Origin: a virus
Taxonomy: Duplodnaviria; Caudoviricetes
Length of the DNA: 33,312 bases
IMG/VR virus record: IMGVR_UViG_3300033407_000083
Coordinates: 1 to 33,312 of that record
Direction: 5' to 3' (one strand)
Numbering within the stretch: position 1 is the stretch's first letter; each line of letters begins with the position of its first letter. This document shows, piece by piece, positions 18,187 through 27,355 of this stretch. The position numbers and the translations under genes were made by a program. The notes beneath the pieces were generated by a model, which had not been told where the DNA came from, made no database searches, and saw nothing but the letters and a program-made list of their open reading frames with translations.

Positions 18187-19176
18187 TCAAGTCAGCAGCG
18201 TGTCGTGGAACAGATAGCCCGCGTCATTGGCCACCAGCACGACTTTCGTCGTCTCCACCACCTTGATCGCCGTGCTCCCGTCCGCGCCCCGGTTCGGATC
18301 AAACCAGGTCATCACCCGCAGCGGCTGCTTCCACATCATCTGCATCCCCCAGACCAGGTCGGCGACCTGGTCCTGGGCCACGCGCAGGAAGGCCGCGCCG
18401 CCCTTGGTCGCGTTGGGCAGGTCCCACACCCGCGCCTTGGTGATGGTCTGGCCCTTCTTGCTGCTCGCGTACCACGCCGATCCGATCATCACCCGATCGA
18501 CGCCCAGGGCTTGGGCCAGCGCCGGGCAGAAGACCGAATCCGGGATCATCGCCGATCCCGTCTTCGCCGGTCCGCTGGCCTGCTCGATGAATTGCGGGGC
18601 GAGGGTCCCCTTGATCGCCGCGAGGATGGTGGTGTTGGCCTGGAGCTTGCGGAAGGTGGCGATGTCCACGACGAACACGTTGGGCCGCGCCGCGCACGCG
18701 TCGAGTCCGGTGAGCAGTTGCGACCAGGCGTCGGTGGTAAGCGTCGCCCACGCCCCGGCCACGTCCAGCTTGTTGGCCGTCGCGTAGTTGCCGGTGTTGA
18801 GCACCGCCTGGGCCACCCGCCGCTCGCGGATCAGCAGGATGTTGTTGGTCACCTTTCGCGTCATCGCCTCCATGGGCGTGATCGGCGCTTCGGCGTTGTC
18901 GATGTCCTGCTGGCTTACCCAGCCGACCTTGCCGTAGTCGTCCATCGCGAAGGACGTCTCGCTCACCTCGAACGAGTATTCATCGGCCTGGGAGGTCGGT
19001 CCAAGCTGACCTCCCTCGATCCCGAAGACGTCGTATGCGCTATACGACTTGTACCGCCCGGTCTTGGCCGAGTGCGGCACGATGGGCAGCACCCGATCCG
19101 CGATAAGCTCCTTGTTCTGTTGCTCCACCGCGATCCGGGTCAGCCCCGGTGAGAATGATCCCTGTTCTGGCGTCAT
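18187..19176 (-). CDS. Major capsid protein (HK97 fold, lambda-E-like rather than Mu gpT-like; 329 aa)
   Basis: AAGGAG SD; LTRIAV...IADRVLPIVP...RERRVA...RPNVFV...AGYLF pattern; position after protease and cement gene. Confidence 0.85.
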   Translation of the reverse strand: MTPEQGSFSPGLTRIAVEQQNKELIADRVLPIVPHSAKTGRYKSYSAYDVFGIEGGQLGPTSQADEYSFEVSETSFAMDDYGKVGWVSQQDIDNAEAPITPMEAMTRKVTNNILLIRERRVAQAVLNTGNYATANKLDVAGAWATLTTDAWSQLLTGLDACAARPNVFVVDIATFRKLQANTTILAAIKGTLAPQFIEQASGPAKTGSAMIPDSVFCPALAQALGVDRVMIGSAWYASSKKGQTITKARVWDLPNATKGGAAFLRVAQDQVADLVWGMQMMWKQPLRVMTWFDPNRGADGSTAIKVVETTKVVLVANDAGYLFHDTLLT

Positions 19177-19274
19177 TTTTTCGGCTCCTTCCGAATGCGT
19201 CCGCGGGCTCCATCCCGCGCCGCCGGTTTCCTGGTTTCCGTTGTCCGTCCGTTACTTCGTCGCCCGGCCTCGGC

Positions 19275-19652
19275 TTACGCCGTCACCGCCGACCACAGGC
19301 TGATCAGCACCGGGATGATGTCCCCGGTCACGCCGCTGGCCATCGCCGTGCCCACGCTGCTCTTGATCGTCGCCGCCGCGGAGAGCGCCACGCCCACGCC
19401 GGCCGCGCCAGAGGTGACGTCGTTTCCGCGGGTGACGGTCCCGCCGAGTTTGATCTCGGCCACGCCGGCCAACTGCACTTCGACGCGCGCCCCCGAGACC
19501 GCGTCCGCGAGGGCCACGCCTATGAGCAGATCCGTCGCCGCCGTGGCCACCACGACGGTGTTGTCGTCGGATCCGAACATCACGATCGCCCCCTTGGTGA
19601 TCGTTCCACCCGCGAGAAAACTCTTAGAGAGGGTATTGCTTAACTGAATCAT
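19275..19652 (-). CDS. Capsid cement/decoration protein (DUF2190-like, 125 aa)
   Basis: Small Gly/Ala/Val-rich protein (GVAEIKLGGTVTRG...GDIIPVLI) between scaffold and capsid. Confidence 0.8.
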   Translation of the reverse strand: MIQLSNTLSKSFLAGGTITKGAIVMFGSDDNTVVVATAATDLLIGVALADAVSGARVEVQLAGVAEIKLGGTVTRGNDVTSGAAGVGVALSAAATIKSSVGTAMASGVTGDIIPVLISLWSAVTA

Positions 19653-19732
19653 CCGTGATTCCTTTCAGATTGCCGCCGTCCTGGCGGACTCGGTTCCTTG
19701 AATGCGGCCTGCCGCCGCTTAACGGAACGCGC

Positions 19733-20386
19733 CTACACCGCGAAAATCGTCGGAAACTGCTCCGCGCACCTCGCGTTCGCGGCCCTATTGGTCAGCCCCT
19801 GGAGGAGATAGGGCTGCTTGAGTTCAAGCTGAAGCTCGGCCATCGCCGCGCCGTAGTCGCCTTTGTGCTCCTTCACCGCGTTGGCGATCAGTTCCTCTTC
19901 CTTGGAGCTTCCCGTTTTCGCCCCGCCCGCCGGCGGCGTGGTCCGCCCCGGCTCGACCAGCGCCGGGCGTTCGGCCATCAGCTTCTTGAACGTCTCCGGA
20001 TCGCTCTTGGCCAGGTTGCGGCAGACCCTCACGTCCTCGGTCGCGTTGGGATTGATCTTGTTCGCCGTGATGTACGGGCGCATCAGGTCGTCCGCCTCCC
20101 GCTCCGCGAACTTTTCCTTGAGCGTGGCGAGTTCCGTGGCCTGCGTGCCCGCCGCGTCCTTGGCCTGCTTGTGGCTGTTGATCGCCACTTCCACGGCGCT
20201 GGCGTCCGCGTCGTCTTTCAGTCCCAGCGCTTTCCTGGCCGCGTTGGCCACCAGCACCGCCTTCGCCGTCTCCGGCGCGGGCTTCGCCCGTTCCTTGAGT
20301 TCGCCGATTTTGTTGACGATGGTCTCGACCTTGCAATCGGCTTCCGCCAGGCCGAGATCCTTTCCGATGAGCAATAGCTCATTCAT
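19733..20386 (-). CDS. Nested in-frame scaffolding protein (Mu Z-like)
   Basis: Internal AGGAGA SD just before ATG of MNELLLIGKDLGL, followed by a coiled-coil region. Confidence 0.65.
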   Translation of the reverse strand: MNELLLIGKDLGLAEADCKVETIVNKIGELKERAKPAPETAKAVLVANAARKALGLKDDADASAVEVAINSHKQAKDAAGTQATELATLKEKFAEREADDLMRPYITANKINPNATEDVRVCRNLAKSDPETFKKLMAERPALVEPGRTTPPAGGAKTGSSKEEELIANAVKEHKGDYGAAMAELQLELKQPYLLQGLTNRAANARCAEQFPTIFAV

Positions 20387-20950
20387 GGCTTTCTCCTGTG
20401 TAAGAGGTCTCTGGCCGGCGGCCAGCTCCATGTTCACGTCTTTCGCCGCGAGTTTCTGCATGCTGTCCTGAATCGCGGGTTTATTGGTGAGCGCCGCGGA
20501 ATGCAGCGCGACGGCCTTCGCATCACTCTTCCGCACGACCAACACCGGCGACAGCCAGCGGTACTCGTCGTTGCGGATCATGTCCCGCGCCTGATTGTTC
20601 CACTTCACCAATCCGAAGATCCCCACGCCCGGCGTTGCACTTACAGTGGTGATCCATCCGGCGGCGGGCGCCGCGCCCGACGGCGTACCGTAGCGTCCTC
20701 CCATCGTGGCGTGCTCAAAGTCGATGGGCAGATCCCGCCCCTCTTTGGCGAAGGCTTCACTGATGAGCCGCGCCGATTCCTCATCAACCGTGAAATCTCC
20801 CATGAGACTGCGCACCAGTCCCCACGGCGCGAGCATGACGCGAATGAGGCCGTCTCCCTCCTTGGGGGTGCACACCACCATACGGATCCCCATATCGCCC
20901 GCCCCTGAATGGCTCCGCCGATCCGTCGTCTCTGTGTCGCCCTGCGTCAT
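19733..20950 (-). CDS. Mu-like prohead protease I with C-terminal scaffold (405 aa)
   Basis: DLPIDFEH, APAAGWI, VKWN, EYRWLSPV, LHSAALTNKPA motifs; start moved to MTQGD because the ORF-track extension is repeat-derived. Confidence 0.9.
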   Translation of the reverse strand: MTQGDTETTDRRSHSGAGDMGIRMVVCTPKEGDGLIRVMLAPWGLVRSLMGDFTVDEESARLISEAFAKEGRDLPIDFEHATMGGRYGTPSGAAPAAGWITTVSATPGVGIFGLVKWNNQARDMIRNDEYRWLSPVLVVRKSDAKAVALHSAALTNKPAIQDSMQKLAAKDVNMELAAGQRPLTQEKAMNELLLIGKDLGLAEADCKVETIVNKIGELKERAKPAPETAKAVLVANAARKALGLKDDADASAVEVAINSHKQAKDAAGTQATELATLKEKFAEREADDLMRPYITANKINPNATEDVRVCRNLAKSDPETFKKLMAERPALVEPGRTTPPAGGAKTGSSKEEELIANAVKEHKGDYGAAMAELQLELKQPYLLQGLTNRAANARCAEQFPTIFAV

Positions 20951-21032
20951 CTGGGATCCCTCTTCGTGACTTCGTGGTTCAACACTCTGAAATCTCAAAT
21001 CTCAAATTCGCCTTCTTCGTGCCCTTCGTGGT

Positions 21033-21737
21033 TCAGCCGAGCATTTCGCTCAACGCCGCCGCCAGTTCCGCGTCGATCCCTTTCAGTTCGCCTTCCCCGC
21101 TCCGCTCAAAAGCCGCATTGGGTCCGATCTTCAGTTCCCTTCGCGCGTAGCCCAGGCTGCGCAGCTCTTGCCCCGTTCCCCGCGCCTGTCCCGGCGTCAG
21201 CGCTGCGACGTAGCAGCGGCAGTTGTAGTCCCACGGCGGGTAGTGGCTCAGCCAGAACGGATCGTCCGCCCGGAAGATGAGTCCGTGCAGCGCCGCATGC
21301 GTCGCCCGCACGCCGTTGACCCCCGCCACTCCGTTGCCCACCGTCAGGTACTGCCAGAACGGAAACGTCTCCCTCTCCTGCTCGAAGAGTTCCCGCCGGG
21401 CGTCGTTGTACGCCTGTTGCGTGTTGGTGATGAACACCTGCCGCAGCCGGCCCAGCGAGGGCAGCTCCTCGCCCGCCACGTCGAAGAGCCTGGTGATCTC
21501 GCGGCGCACGTCCGGCCAGGTCGTGCCCCGTTTGATCGACGCGGCGATGCGGTTGCGGACGGCCTGGATGAGCCGCGCGTTGTTGACCCCCGCGATGCGG
21601 AAGGCCTTCTGCTTCGCCGCCGTGGACAGCCGCTCGAAGACCGCGCTGTTCAGCGCCGCCTTCTTGGCGAACGCTTCCCGCGCCGCCTCCGGCGTCTTCG
21701 GAACAAAGTCGCTCTCGGTTAGTACGGAAACAGGCAT
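21033..21737 (-). CDS. Head morphogenesis protein (Mu gpF / SPP1 gp7-like)
   Basis: AFRIAGV, RLRQVFITN, WQYLTVG, VRATHAALHG, DDPFW...PPWDYNCRC motifs. Confidence 0.9.
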   Translation of the reverse strand: MPVSVLTESDFVPKTPEAAREAFAKKAALNSAVFERLSTAAKQKAFRIAGVNNARLIQAVRNRIAASIKRGTTWPDVRREITRLFDVAGEELPSLGRLRQVFITNTQQAYNDARRELFEQERETFPFWQYLTVGNGVAGVNGVRATHAALHGLIFRADDPFWLSHYPPWDYNCRCYVAALTPGQARGTGQELRSLGYARRELKIGPNAAFERSGEGELKGIDAELAAALSEMLG

Positions 21738-21742
21738 TCACT

Positions 21743-22033
21743 CTAGTTTCCAGTCTCCAGTTTCTTGTCTCTGTGCACCGCCGTCGTTCGTCCGATCAGT
21801 GCGCTCTGCACCATCGCTCCCGCCGCCGCCTCGCCCACCGCGTCCAGGTCCATGCGCCTAAGCAGTTCCCCGCCAAGGCTCCTCTTCGCGTCCTCTGCGT
21901 CCTCCGCTGATTCGACCGCCTCCAGCAGCGGTCCGATGACTCCGTCGCGATAGCGCCCGACCATCCTCCGCACCGCCTTGCGGTTCATCCGCTCCAGGTG
22001 CCCCAGCACTTGCCTTTGACTACGTAGCGCCAT
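21743..22033 (-). CDS. Small ORF resembling the C-terminal domain of DUF935-type portals (96 aa)
   Basis: PLLEAVESAEDAEDAKRSL...MDLDAVGEAAAGAMVQSALIGR resembles Mu-type portal C-termini. Confidence 0.6.
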   Translation of the reverse strand: MALRSQRQVLGHLERMNRKAVRRMVGRYRDGVIGPLLEAVESAEDAEDAKRSLGGELLRRMDLDAVGEAAAGAMVQSALIGRTTAVHRDKKLETGN

Positions 22034-22098
22034 TGACCAATCTCAAATCCGGAATCTCAAATCCCAGATTCTCTTCGTGGCTCGCTCTTTGCCGTTCG

Positions 22099-23427
22099 TC
22101 ATTCGTCATTCGCCGGCAGTTCCTCTTCCGGCGCCGCGCCTTCGGGCGCGAACGCATCGCTCGGTTCCAGCACTTCCTCGTCTTCATCCGGCTCCGGGAT
22201 GTTCAGCCGGTCATAGGCCCACTTTTTCGGGATAGCGATCCCCGCGGTCTGCGCCGCCTTCATGGCCTGCGCTTCCTTGATCCGGTCCACCGTCTCCGGC
22301 TTGATCCGCCGGAAGATCGGCAGCTTCGCGCCCCGCCCGGGAAACTTGAATTCCACCATCGGAGCGATGATCTGTTCGCGCACCGTCCTTGATTCGCGCC
22401 TGATGTCGTCATCGCGCAGATCATCACGCACGTCGTCTTGCACCTTCGCCGATGCGAAGGTTCCGGTCCCGCCCGTGGTGTCGCCGGTGAGGTTGCCCCC
22501 CAGCCACAGCACGGCCTGTTCCCGATCGCAGTAGTTGACGATCGCCTCGAACGGCGCGACTCCCCGCTGGCTGGTCTCCGTGAACTCGATCGACGTGGCC
22601 TCGCTCACCATCGCCCACGCCGCCGCCCCGATGTTGGCCAGCATGTCCGTCAGCACCCGCTTTTCCTCGGGCGTCGCCGCCGGTCGGTATTTGCCCACCC
22701 GGATGGGCATGCCGAAAATCTCGCAGAACGTGGCCCAGTCCGCGATCGCCAGCTTCTTGATGAGCCAGATGGTCGCCTGCGCCATGGACAGGCTCTTGAG
22801 CAGCGGGCTTCCGCTCACCGCGTGCGGCGTGTGCACGATGAACTTCACTCCGCTCATCTCCATGCCCAGCCGCTGTTGTTCGGTGATGATCCGTACGGCG
22901 GGCGATTGGTTGAGGTCCATCGTCAGGCGTTGGGTGGGGACCTCGAAGATCGCAATCGGGCGGGAGGATTCCCATTCCATTTCGCAGACCGCCAGGTTCG
23001 GCCCGATCGCCGTGGCCAGGTGTTCGAGCGCCGCAGGGAATCCATCGAGGGCGTCCAGTGTTTCCCGCACGTAATCGGCGGCTTCCTCGGCCAGCTTCTC
23101 GTCGGCCGTGTCCGTCACTTCCCCCGCCGAGACGATCTCGTATTCGAGTCCGGTCAGCGCCATGCGCCGTTTTTCGGCGTTGCTCTTCAACCGTGGGTCG
23201 ACTTGCTCCATCTCCTCGAAGAGCAGCATGGCTTCCGTAATGTATCCGTCGCGAGCGCCTTGCAGCACGGCGTTGATTCGGCTGAAGGTGATTTGATTCG
23301 TTTGCGCGGCGCGGTAACTGTCCAGCGTCCGCGACCAGGCGTAGACCCGCCCTTCCGGCGCCCGCCCGCGCAGGGCGTCCGCCGCGCTCCTCACCCGGTT
23401 AACGATCGTGTTCAGCCTCGCGCCCAT
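22099..23427 (-). CDS. Portal protein (Mu gp29/DUF935-like, 442 aa)
   Basis: LFEEMEQVD, DWATFCEIFGMPIRVGKY, LGGNLT motifs; follows TerL. Confidence 0.92.
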   Translation of the reverse strand: MGARLNTIVNRVRSAADALRGRAPEGRVYAWSRTLDSYRAAQTNQITFSRINAVLQGARDGYITEAMLLFEEMEQVDPRLKSNAEKRRMALTGLEYEIVSAGEVTDTADEKLAEEAADYVRETLDALDGFPAALEHLATAIGPNLAVCEMEWESSRPIAIFEVPTQRLTMDLNQSPAVRIITEQQRLGMEMSGVKFIVHTPHAVSGSPLLKSLSMAQATIWLIKKLAIADWATFCEIFGMPIRVGKYRPAATPEEKRVLTDMLANIGAAAWAMVSEATSIEFTETSQRGVAPFEAIVNYCDREQAVLWLGGNLTGDTTGGTGTFASAKVQDDVRDDLRDDDIRRESRTVREQIIAPMVEFKFPGRGAKLPIFRRIKPETVDRIKEAQAMKAAQTAGIAIPKKWAYDRLNIPEPDEDEEVLEPSDAFAPEGAAPEEELPANDE

Positions 23428-23452
23428 AGTCCCCTGATCTCAAATCTGATAT

Positions 23453-24778
23453 TCACCCTCGACTGCCCCTCAGTCCCGCCATCGCCCTTCGCGGCCCCAT
23501 CGTCACTTCGATCGGTCCGCCCGCATTGCCGCCCGCGTACACTGCCAGCGCCCCCGCCCAGAACCGGTCCGCGTGGCTTCCCTCGCTCCGCGGGGCGTCC
23601 AGGCGGACGTTGCCCGCCGCCGTCACCGTCTTGCGGATGCTGTGCAGGTCGTTACGGATCTTCTCTTCCGCGGGGATGCGCATGAGCTTGTCGATGAACT
23701 TGTTGCGCATCAGCGAAGCGATCTGTTCCTTGAACGGCCCAGTCAGCGTACACGCCTCCACCGTGTGCTCGCCGAAATCCAGCGCCAGGTTCTGGCCCAT
23801 CTCCATGCCCAGCCCGCTGGCATCGATGGCGCAGCGCCGCACGCAGGGGTTTCGGAGCACGTTCGAGATGCGTTCAAATTGTTCTCGAAACGGCATCGCC
23901 GACCATTCCAACATCCCCAGGCTCAGCAGCGTCCGATCGCGGACTTCAAATGCCCAGACCACGGTGAGGTCCTTCTTGCGTCCCACGTCGATGCCGACGA
24001 CCACGTCGCCCTTGAGTTCGCGCAGCGCCGCCAGGTCCAGCTCCAGCGGAAGATCGCCCACCTCGCACTCGCAGATCTGTTCGTAGGTCAGGAACGCCGT
24101 GGCCTCGTCCACGAACTCGCACAGATATTCCTGCCGCCATTTTTCGTCGTCGGTGATCCCCCGGCGGAGCTCCTCGGCGTTGAGCGGCGATCCCCCCGCG
24201 ATCGCGTCGTGGATGTTCACCGTCTCGCGGTGGAACATGGCGTTCTGTCCGAGGCGGTAGAACATGTTCTGCCGTCCCATCGGCGTGGAGCACACGTCCA
24301 TCTCCCCGCCGTCCCGCGAGACGGTGGGGAAAGCCGCCGCGTAGATGTCCGCGTCCCGCTGGTGCATGGCGAATTCGTCCAGCAGCAGGTCTCCGGTGAA
24401 TCCCCGCGCCGTCCGCGGATTGGCAGGCAGCCCGATGATGCGAAACGGCCGTCCGCCCTTGCCCACCGGCGGCACCGCGATCTCCAACTGTTTGAACTTC
24501 ACCTCGTCGAAGACCTCGCTCTCCATGATGGAGCTTGCCGCGATCTGCATGGCCCGGAGGTGCTGCTCGGCCTTCATCATCAGTTCGCGGCTCTGCGTCT
24601 GGCTGGCCGACAGGAAGATCTGGTTCCTGCTCCGCTCCAGCCCCCGCAGGATTCGCCGCAGGGAGAACGCGAAGCTCTTCCCCGTCTGCCGGCTCCAGTT
24701 GTTCCAGGTGAAGCGCGCGGGCCGCGCGATCACCCGCTTCTGGTAGTCGTAGAGCACGTCCTGGAGTTCATGGGCCAT
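23453..24778 (-). CDS. terL: Terminase large subunit (Mu gp28-like, 441 aa)
   Basis: Walker A SRQTGKS, Walker B LLLDEFA, nuclease GIDVGRKKD and HADRFWA. Confidence 0.95.
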   Translation of the reverse strand: MAHELQDVLYDYQKRVIARPARFTWNNWSRQTGKSFAFSLRRILRGLERSRNQIFLSASQTQSRELMMKAEQHLRAMQIAASSIMESEVFDEVKFKQLEIAVPPVGKGGRPFRIIGLPANPRTARGFTGDLLLDEFAMHQRDADIYAAAFPTVSRDGGEMDVCSTPMGRQNMFYRLGQNAMFHRETVNIHDAIAGGSPLNAEELRRGITDDEKWRQEYLCEFVDEATAFLTYEQICECEVGDLPLELDLAALRELKGDVVVGIDVGRKKDLTVVWAFEVRDRTLLSLGMLEWSAMPFREQFERISNVLRNPCVRRCAIDASGLGMEMGQNLALDFGEHTVEACTLTGPFKEQIASLMRNKFIDKLMRIPAEEKIRNDLHSIRKTVTAAGNVRLDAPRSEGSHADRFWAGALAVYAGGNAGGPIEVTMGPRRAMAGLRGSRG

Positions 24779-25274
24779 CGAGAGGTTTCCGCTTAACGCC
24801 GTACAGATCGAGAATCCGAGCCACCACGTCCGCCGCGCTGACCATGCCCTGTTTCGCATCCGCTTGTCCTTCACGCTCCCGCTCCGCCTTTTCGTCCGGG
24901 GCCATCATCCCGCCCAGTGTTTTGGCGAATTCCAGCATCAGGTCCACGGCGCGTTGCTGGGTGGACTCCTTCACGCTCGTGCTCACCGCGTGCTCGGCGA
25001 TGACCGCCAGCGCCTTGCTGAACTTCGGTCCCAGTTCCGCGCCCGCGCTCAGCAGGTTCTGTTTGAATCCGTCGAACAGGATCAGCCGCCGTCGCGGTCC
25101 GTACTTGCGGGCGTACAGTTGCAGGCTGCGCAGCTTGCTGGCCGGGACGTTGAGCTCCCGGATGATGTCGGGCGTGTCCCATCCGTCGTGCAGCAGCTCG
25201 TTGATCCGCTCCCACGTCGCGTCTCCCAGTTCCGCCGCCCACCGCGGGATTGCCTTGTCCTTGCCGTCGCCCAT
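24768..25274 (-). CDS. Putative terminase small subunit (Mu gp27 position, 168 aa)
   Basis: N-terminal HTH-like segment then helical region; overlaps TerL start. Confidence 0.6.
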   Translation of the reverse strand: MGDGKDKAIPRWAAELGDATWERINELLHDGWDTPDIIRELNVPASKLRSLQLYARKYGPRRRLILFDGFKQNLLSAGAELGPKFSKALAVIAEHAVSTSVKESTQQRAVDLMLEFAKTLGGMMAPDEKAEREREGQADAKQGMVSAADVVARILDLYGVKRKPLDGP

Positions 25275-25323
25275 TCATTCGCTCTTCGTGCCTTCGTGGC
25301 TCATTCCGCATTCGCTCTTCACG

Positions 25324-25346
25324 TGTGCCACTGCTCGCAAGCAGTG
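25324..25346 (+). repeat. REP-like 23-bp palindrome, copy 2 of 3
   Basis: Identical to 18096-18118. Confidence 0.85.
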
Positions 25347-25357
25347 CCGCTTCGCGG

Positions 25358-25651
25358 CTACGGTTCCAGCGCCGGGTCCACGTTCACTTTGATCGCCACG
25401 TCCACGCCCTTGTCCGTCAGCCGCAGTCGTCGCCCCTTCCAGGGCGCGTTCGGCCGGCTGTTGATCCAGGTCACGTACCCGCGATCGATGAAATACTGCA
25501 CATCTCGCTGAATGTAGTGCTCTTCCACCAGGGGCAGGACGTTGCACAGGTCCTCGTAGGAAAGCTCCCCGGGAAAGGCCATGTTCAGCGACGCGATCAC
25601 GTCGCGGCGAATCTGTTTGATCTGCGCCACCCGCACCCGTTCAGCGTCCAT
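25358..25651 (-). CDS. Mu gp26-like winged-helix protein (97 aa)
   Basis: RRDVIASL...DVQYFIDRGYV...LTDKGVDVA pattern and synteny. Confidence 0.75.
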   Translation of the reverse strand: MDAERVRVAQIKQIRRDVIASLNMAFPGELSYEDLCNVLPLVEEHYIQRDVQYFIDRGYVTWINSRPNAPWKGRRLRLTDKGVDVAIKVNVDPALEP

Positions 25652-26018
25652 CCCGCTCTCCCTTGCCGCCCATCCGGCTTTCCGCCAACTGTTCAATCGC
25701 CTTGGCGGTGCGTTGAATGCTCGCTCCGATGCCCAGGCTGGCGTCGTATTTTGCGGACAGCGCCGCGATGTCCCGCCCGATGACGTCGATCTTCGCCCGC
25801 ACGCTCACTTGTTCTCGTATCCAATCCGTGCGGTTCACCTTTTCGAGTTCGACGCTGCGCATTCTGCTTTCCAGTCCGCCGACATCTTCGGCGACGCTCG
25901 CGCGGAAGATCGCCGTATCGCTGCGCAGCGCCCGCACGGAGAATGTCAGCACCGCCACGGGAGTTCCCACGAACGCCGCCAGCAATCCCGCGATCGCCAG
26001 GTAGTCACCCGTCGTCAT
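25641..26018 (-). CDS. Membrane-anchored coiled-coil protein (Mu gp25/DUF2730 position, 125 aa)
   Basis: Single N-terminal TM (LAIAGLLAAFVGTPVAVLTF) then heptads. Confidence 0.65.
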   Translation of the reverse strand: MTTGDYLAIAGLLAAFVGTPVAVLTFSVRALRSDTAIFRASVAEDVGGLESRMRSVELEKVNRTDWIREQVSVRAKIDVIGRDIAALSAKYDASLGIGASIQRTAKAIEQLAESRMGGKGERDGR

Positions 26019-26104
26019 TCACTGCGCTCCGCTCCAAAACATTCACCACCAGGTCACCGCCTCTGAAATCTCAAATCTCAAACTGGCGTCTTCGTGGTTG
26101 ACGT

Positions 26105-26572
26105 TCAAACCTCCGCCCACGCCGTCTGCCGTGCGCCGTCGAACAGTGTCCCCTGTTCGGTGTTCCGTTCCCGAGCCGCCGTTCCCATATCCCTCACCAT
26201 CGCGAACTCGAACCGTGCATTCGCCTTGCGGCTCTCCAGATAGTCATGCCACTCCGCGTCGTCCCGCGCCAGCCAATACCCAAGCTCCGCTGGAGGGTGG
26301 AACAGTGGATCAGTGGATGCTTCCCTCTCCTGTCTCCTGTCTCCTGTCTCCTCTCTTCGGACCCCTGCGACGATTCTCCATCCTTCATCTCGCAGTTCCG
26401 CGATCAGTTCCCGCACTCGTCGCCGTTTGGTCTCGTGGCTCTGGCGTACCCAGTAGTGCATGTCCACGATCCCGCACGCCGCCGCGATTTCGATGGCCGA
26501 CAGCGGTCGCCGGCAACAGCCTTTCAGCGCCGTCAGCGCCGCCTGTTTTCTGGCTTCGAACACCGCGCTCAT
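26105..26572 (-). CDS. Winged-HTH DNA-binding protein with an in-frame repeat insertion (155 aa)
   Basis: LSAIEIA...RRVRELIAELRDEGWRI...GYWLA; ATGA coupling at 26569-26572. Confidence 0.75.
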   Translation of the reverse strand: MSAVFEARKQAALTALKGCCRRPLSAIEIAAACGIVDMHYWVRQSHETKRRRVRELIAELRDEGWRIVAGVRREETGDRRQEREASTDPLFHPPAELGYWLARDDAEWHDYLESRKANARFEFAMVRDMGTAARERNTEQGTLFDGARQTAWAEV

Positions 26573-26775
26573 CGCTTTCCCTTGGTGGTTCCCTCGATGC
26601 TCAGTTCCGATCCGTCCAATGCGTCTCGATAGCGCAGCTTGCACGCCGCGCAGCCCCATATCTTCGCAAGGTAGTAGTCCGCGTCGCACAACTTCCGTCC
26701 GGGCCGCGTCTCCGCCCCGCGGGGCTTGAGTTTCCGTCCGCATCCCGGGCACTTCGGTGGATCGTCATCCCGCAT
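26569..26775 (-). CDS. Zinc-ribbon protein (68 aa)
   Basis: CPGC...CAAC; coupled to next gene. Confidence 0.6.
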   Translation of the reverse strand: MRDDDPPKCPGCGRKLKPRGAETRPGRKLCDADYYLAKIWGCAACKLRYRDALDGSELSIEGTTKGKR

Positions 26776-26875
26776 TGCTTCGCTCGCTCCGCTCGCTTCG
26801 CGAGAGAGGAGAACAGTGGATCAGGCGAGCAGTTGATTCTGTTCTCCTGTCTACTGTCTCCTCTCCAGCGGAGAC

Positions 26876-27355
26876 TCATTCGCCGCTCGCCAGCTTCATC
26901 ACTTCCCCGCTCAGTTGGATCGCGCGTCGCGCCTCCGCGTTGCTCTGCTTCTCGGCTTCCCGTCCCATGCGCCACGGGCGCAGGACCAGCATGTAAAACA
27001 GCCCGCCGCCGATCACGCACACCACTACCGCGCCGAGCAGCCCGACCAGTCCCGCGGCCAGAATCCACGCCGTGACGCTGTCTCCGCCCCCGCCGATGCG
27101 TGCATTGCCTCCCGCGATTCCCCCTATGTGTTCCAGTCGCGTATCCCTGCCGGACACTCCGGCGACGTCCCGTGCCTGCACATCCGACCGGCTCTCCACG
27201 CTCACGGCGGCATTCCGGTCCTCGATTCTCACAGTTCCCGCGTCCGCCGTTGCCATAGGATCGTGTTTTTGTGTGGCAATGCAGGAAGGGACTGATCCAC
27301 AGATGACGCAGATTGCCACATAAAAGGTTAAGTTCTTTGTGAACTCTATGAACAT
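26876..27355 (-). CDS. Putative lipoprotein with C-terminal TM, u-spanin-like topology (159 aa)
   Basis: Hydrophobic N-terminus with Cys (ICVICGSVPSC), beta-rich middle, TM AWILAAGLVGLLGAVVVCVIGGGLFYMLVL, basic tail; lysis-cassette position. Confidence 0.55.
   Translation of the reverse strand: MFIEFTKNLTFYVAICVICGSVPSCIATQKHDPMATADAGTVRIEDRNAAVSVESRSDVQARDVAGVSGRDTRLEHIGGIAGGNARIGGGGDSVTAWILAAGLVGLLGAVVVCVIGGGLFYMLVLRPWRMGREAEKQSNAEARRAIQLSGEVMKLASGE

Noticed and set aside
20951-20998. Longer protease N-terminus in the ORF track
   Set aside because: Derived from AAATCTC and CTTCGTG arrays; ATG at 20950 has a purine-rich SD.
10902-24796. Many long plus-strand ORFs (e.g. 10902-12974, 22438-23685, 23573-24796)
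   Set aside because: Antisense shadows of motif-supported minus-strand genes in GC-rich DNA.
24779-24874. Longer TerL N-terminus
   Set aside because: Would overlap the upstream gene by over 100 bp; ATG 24778 gives a normal short overlap and a typical N-terminus.
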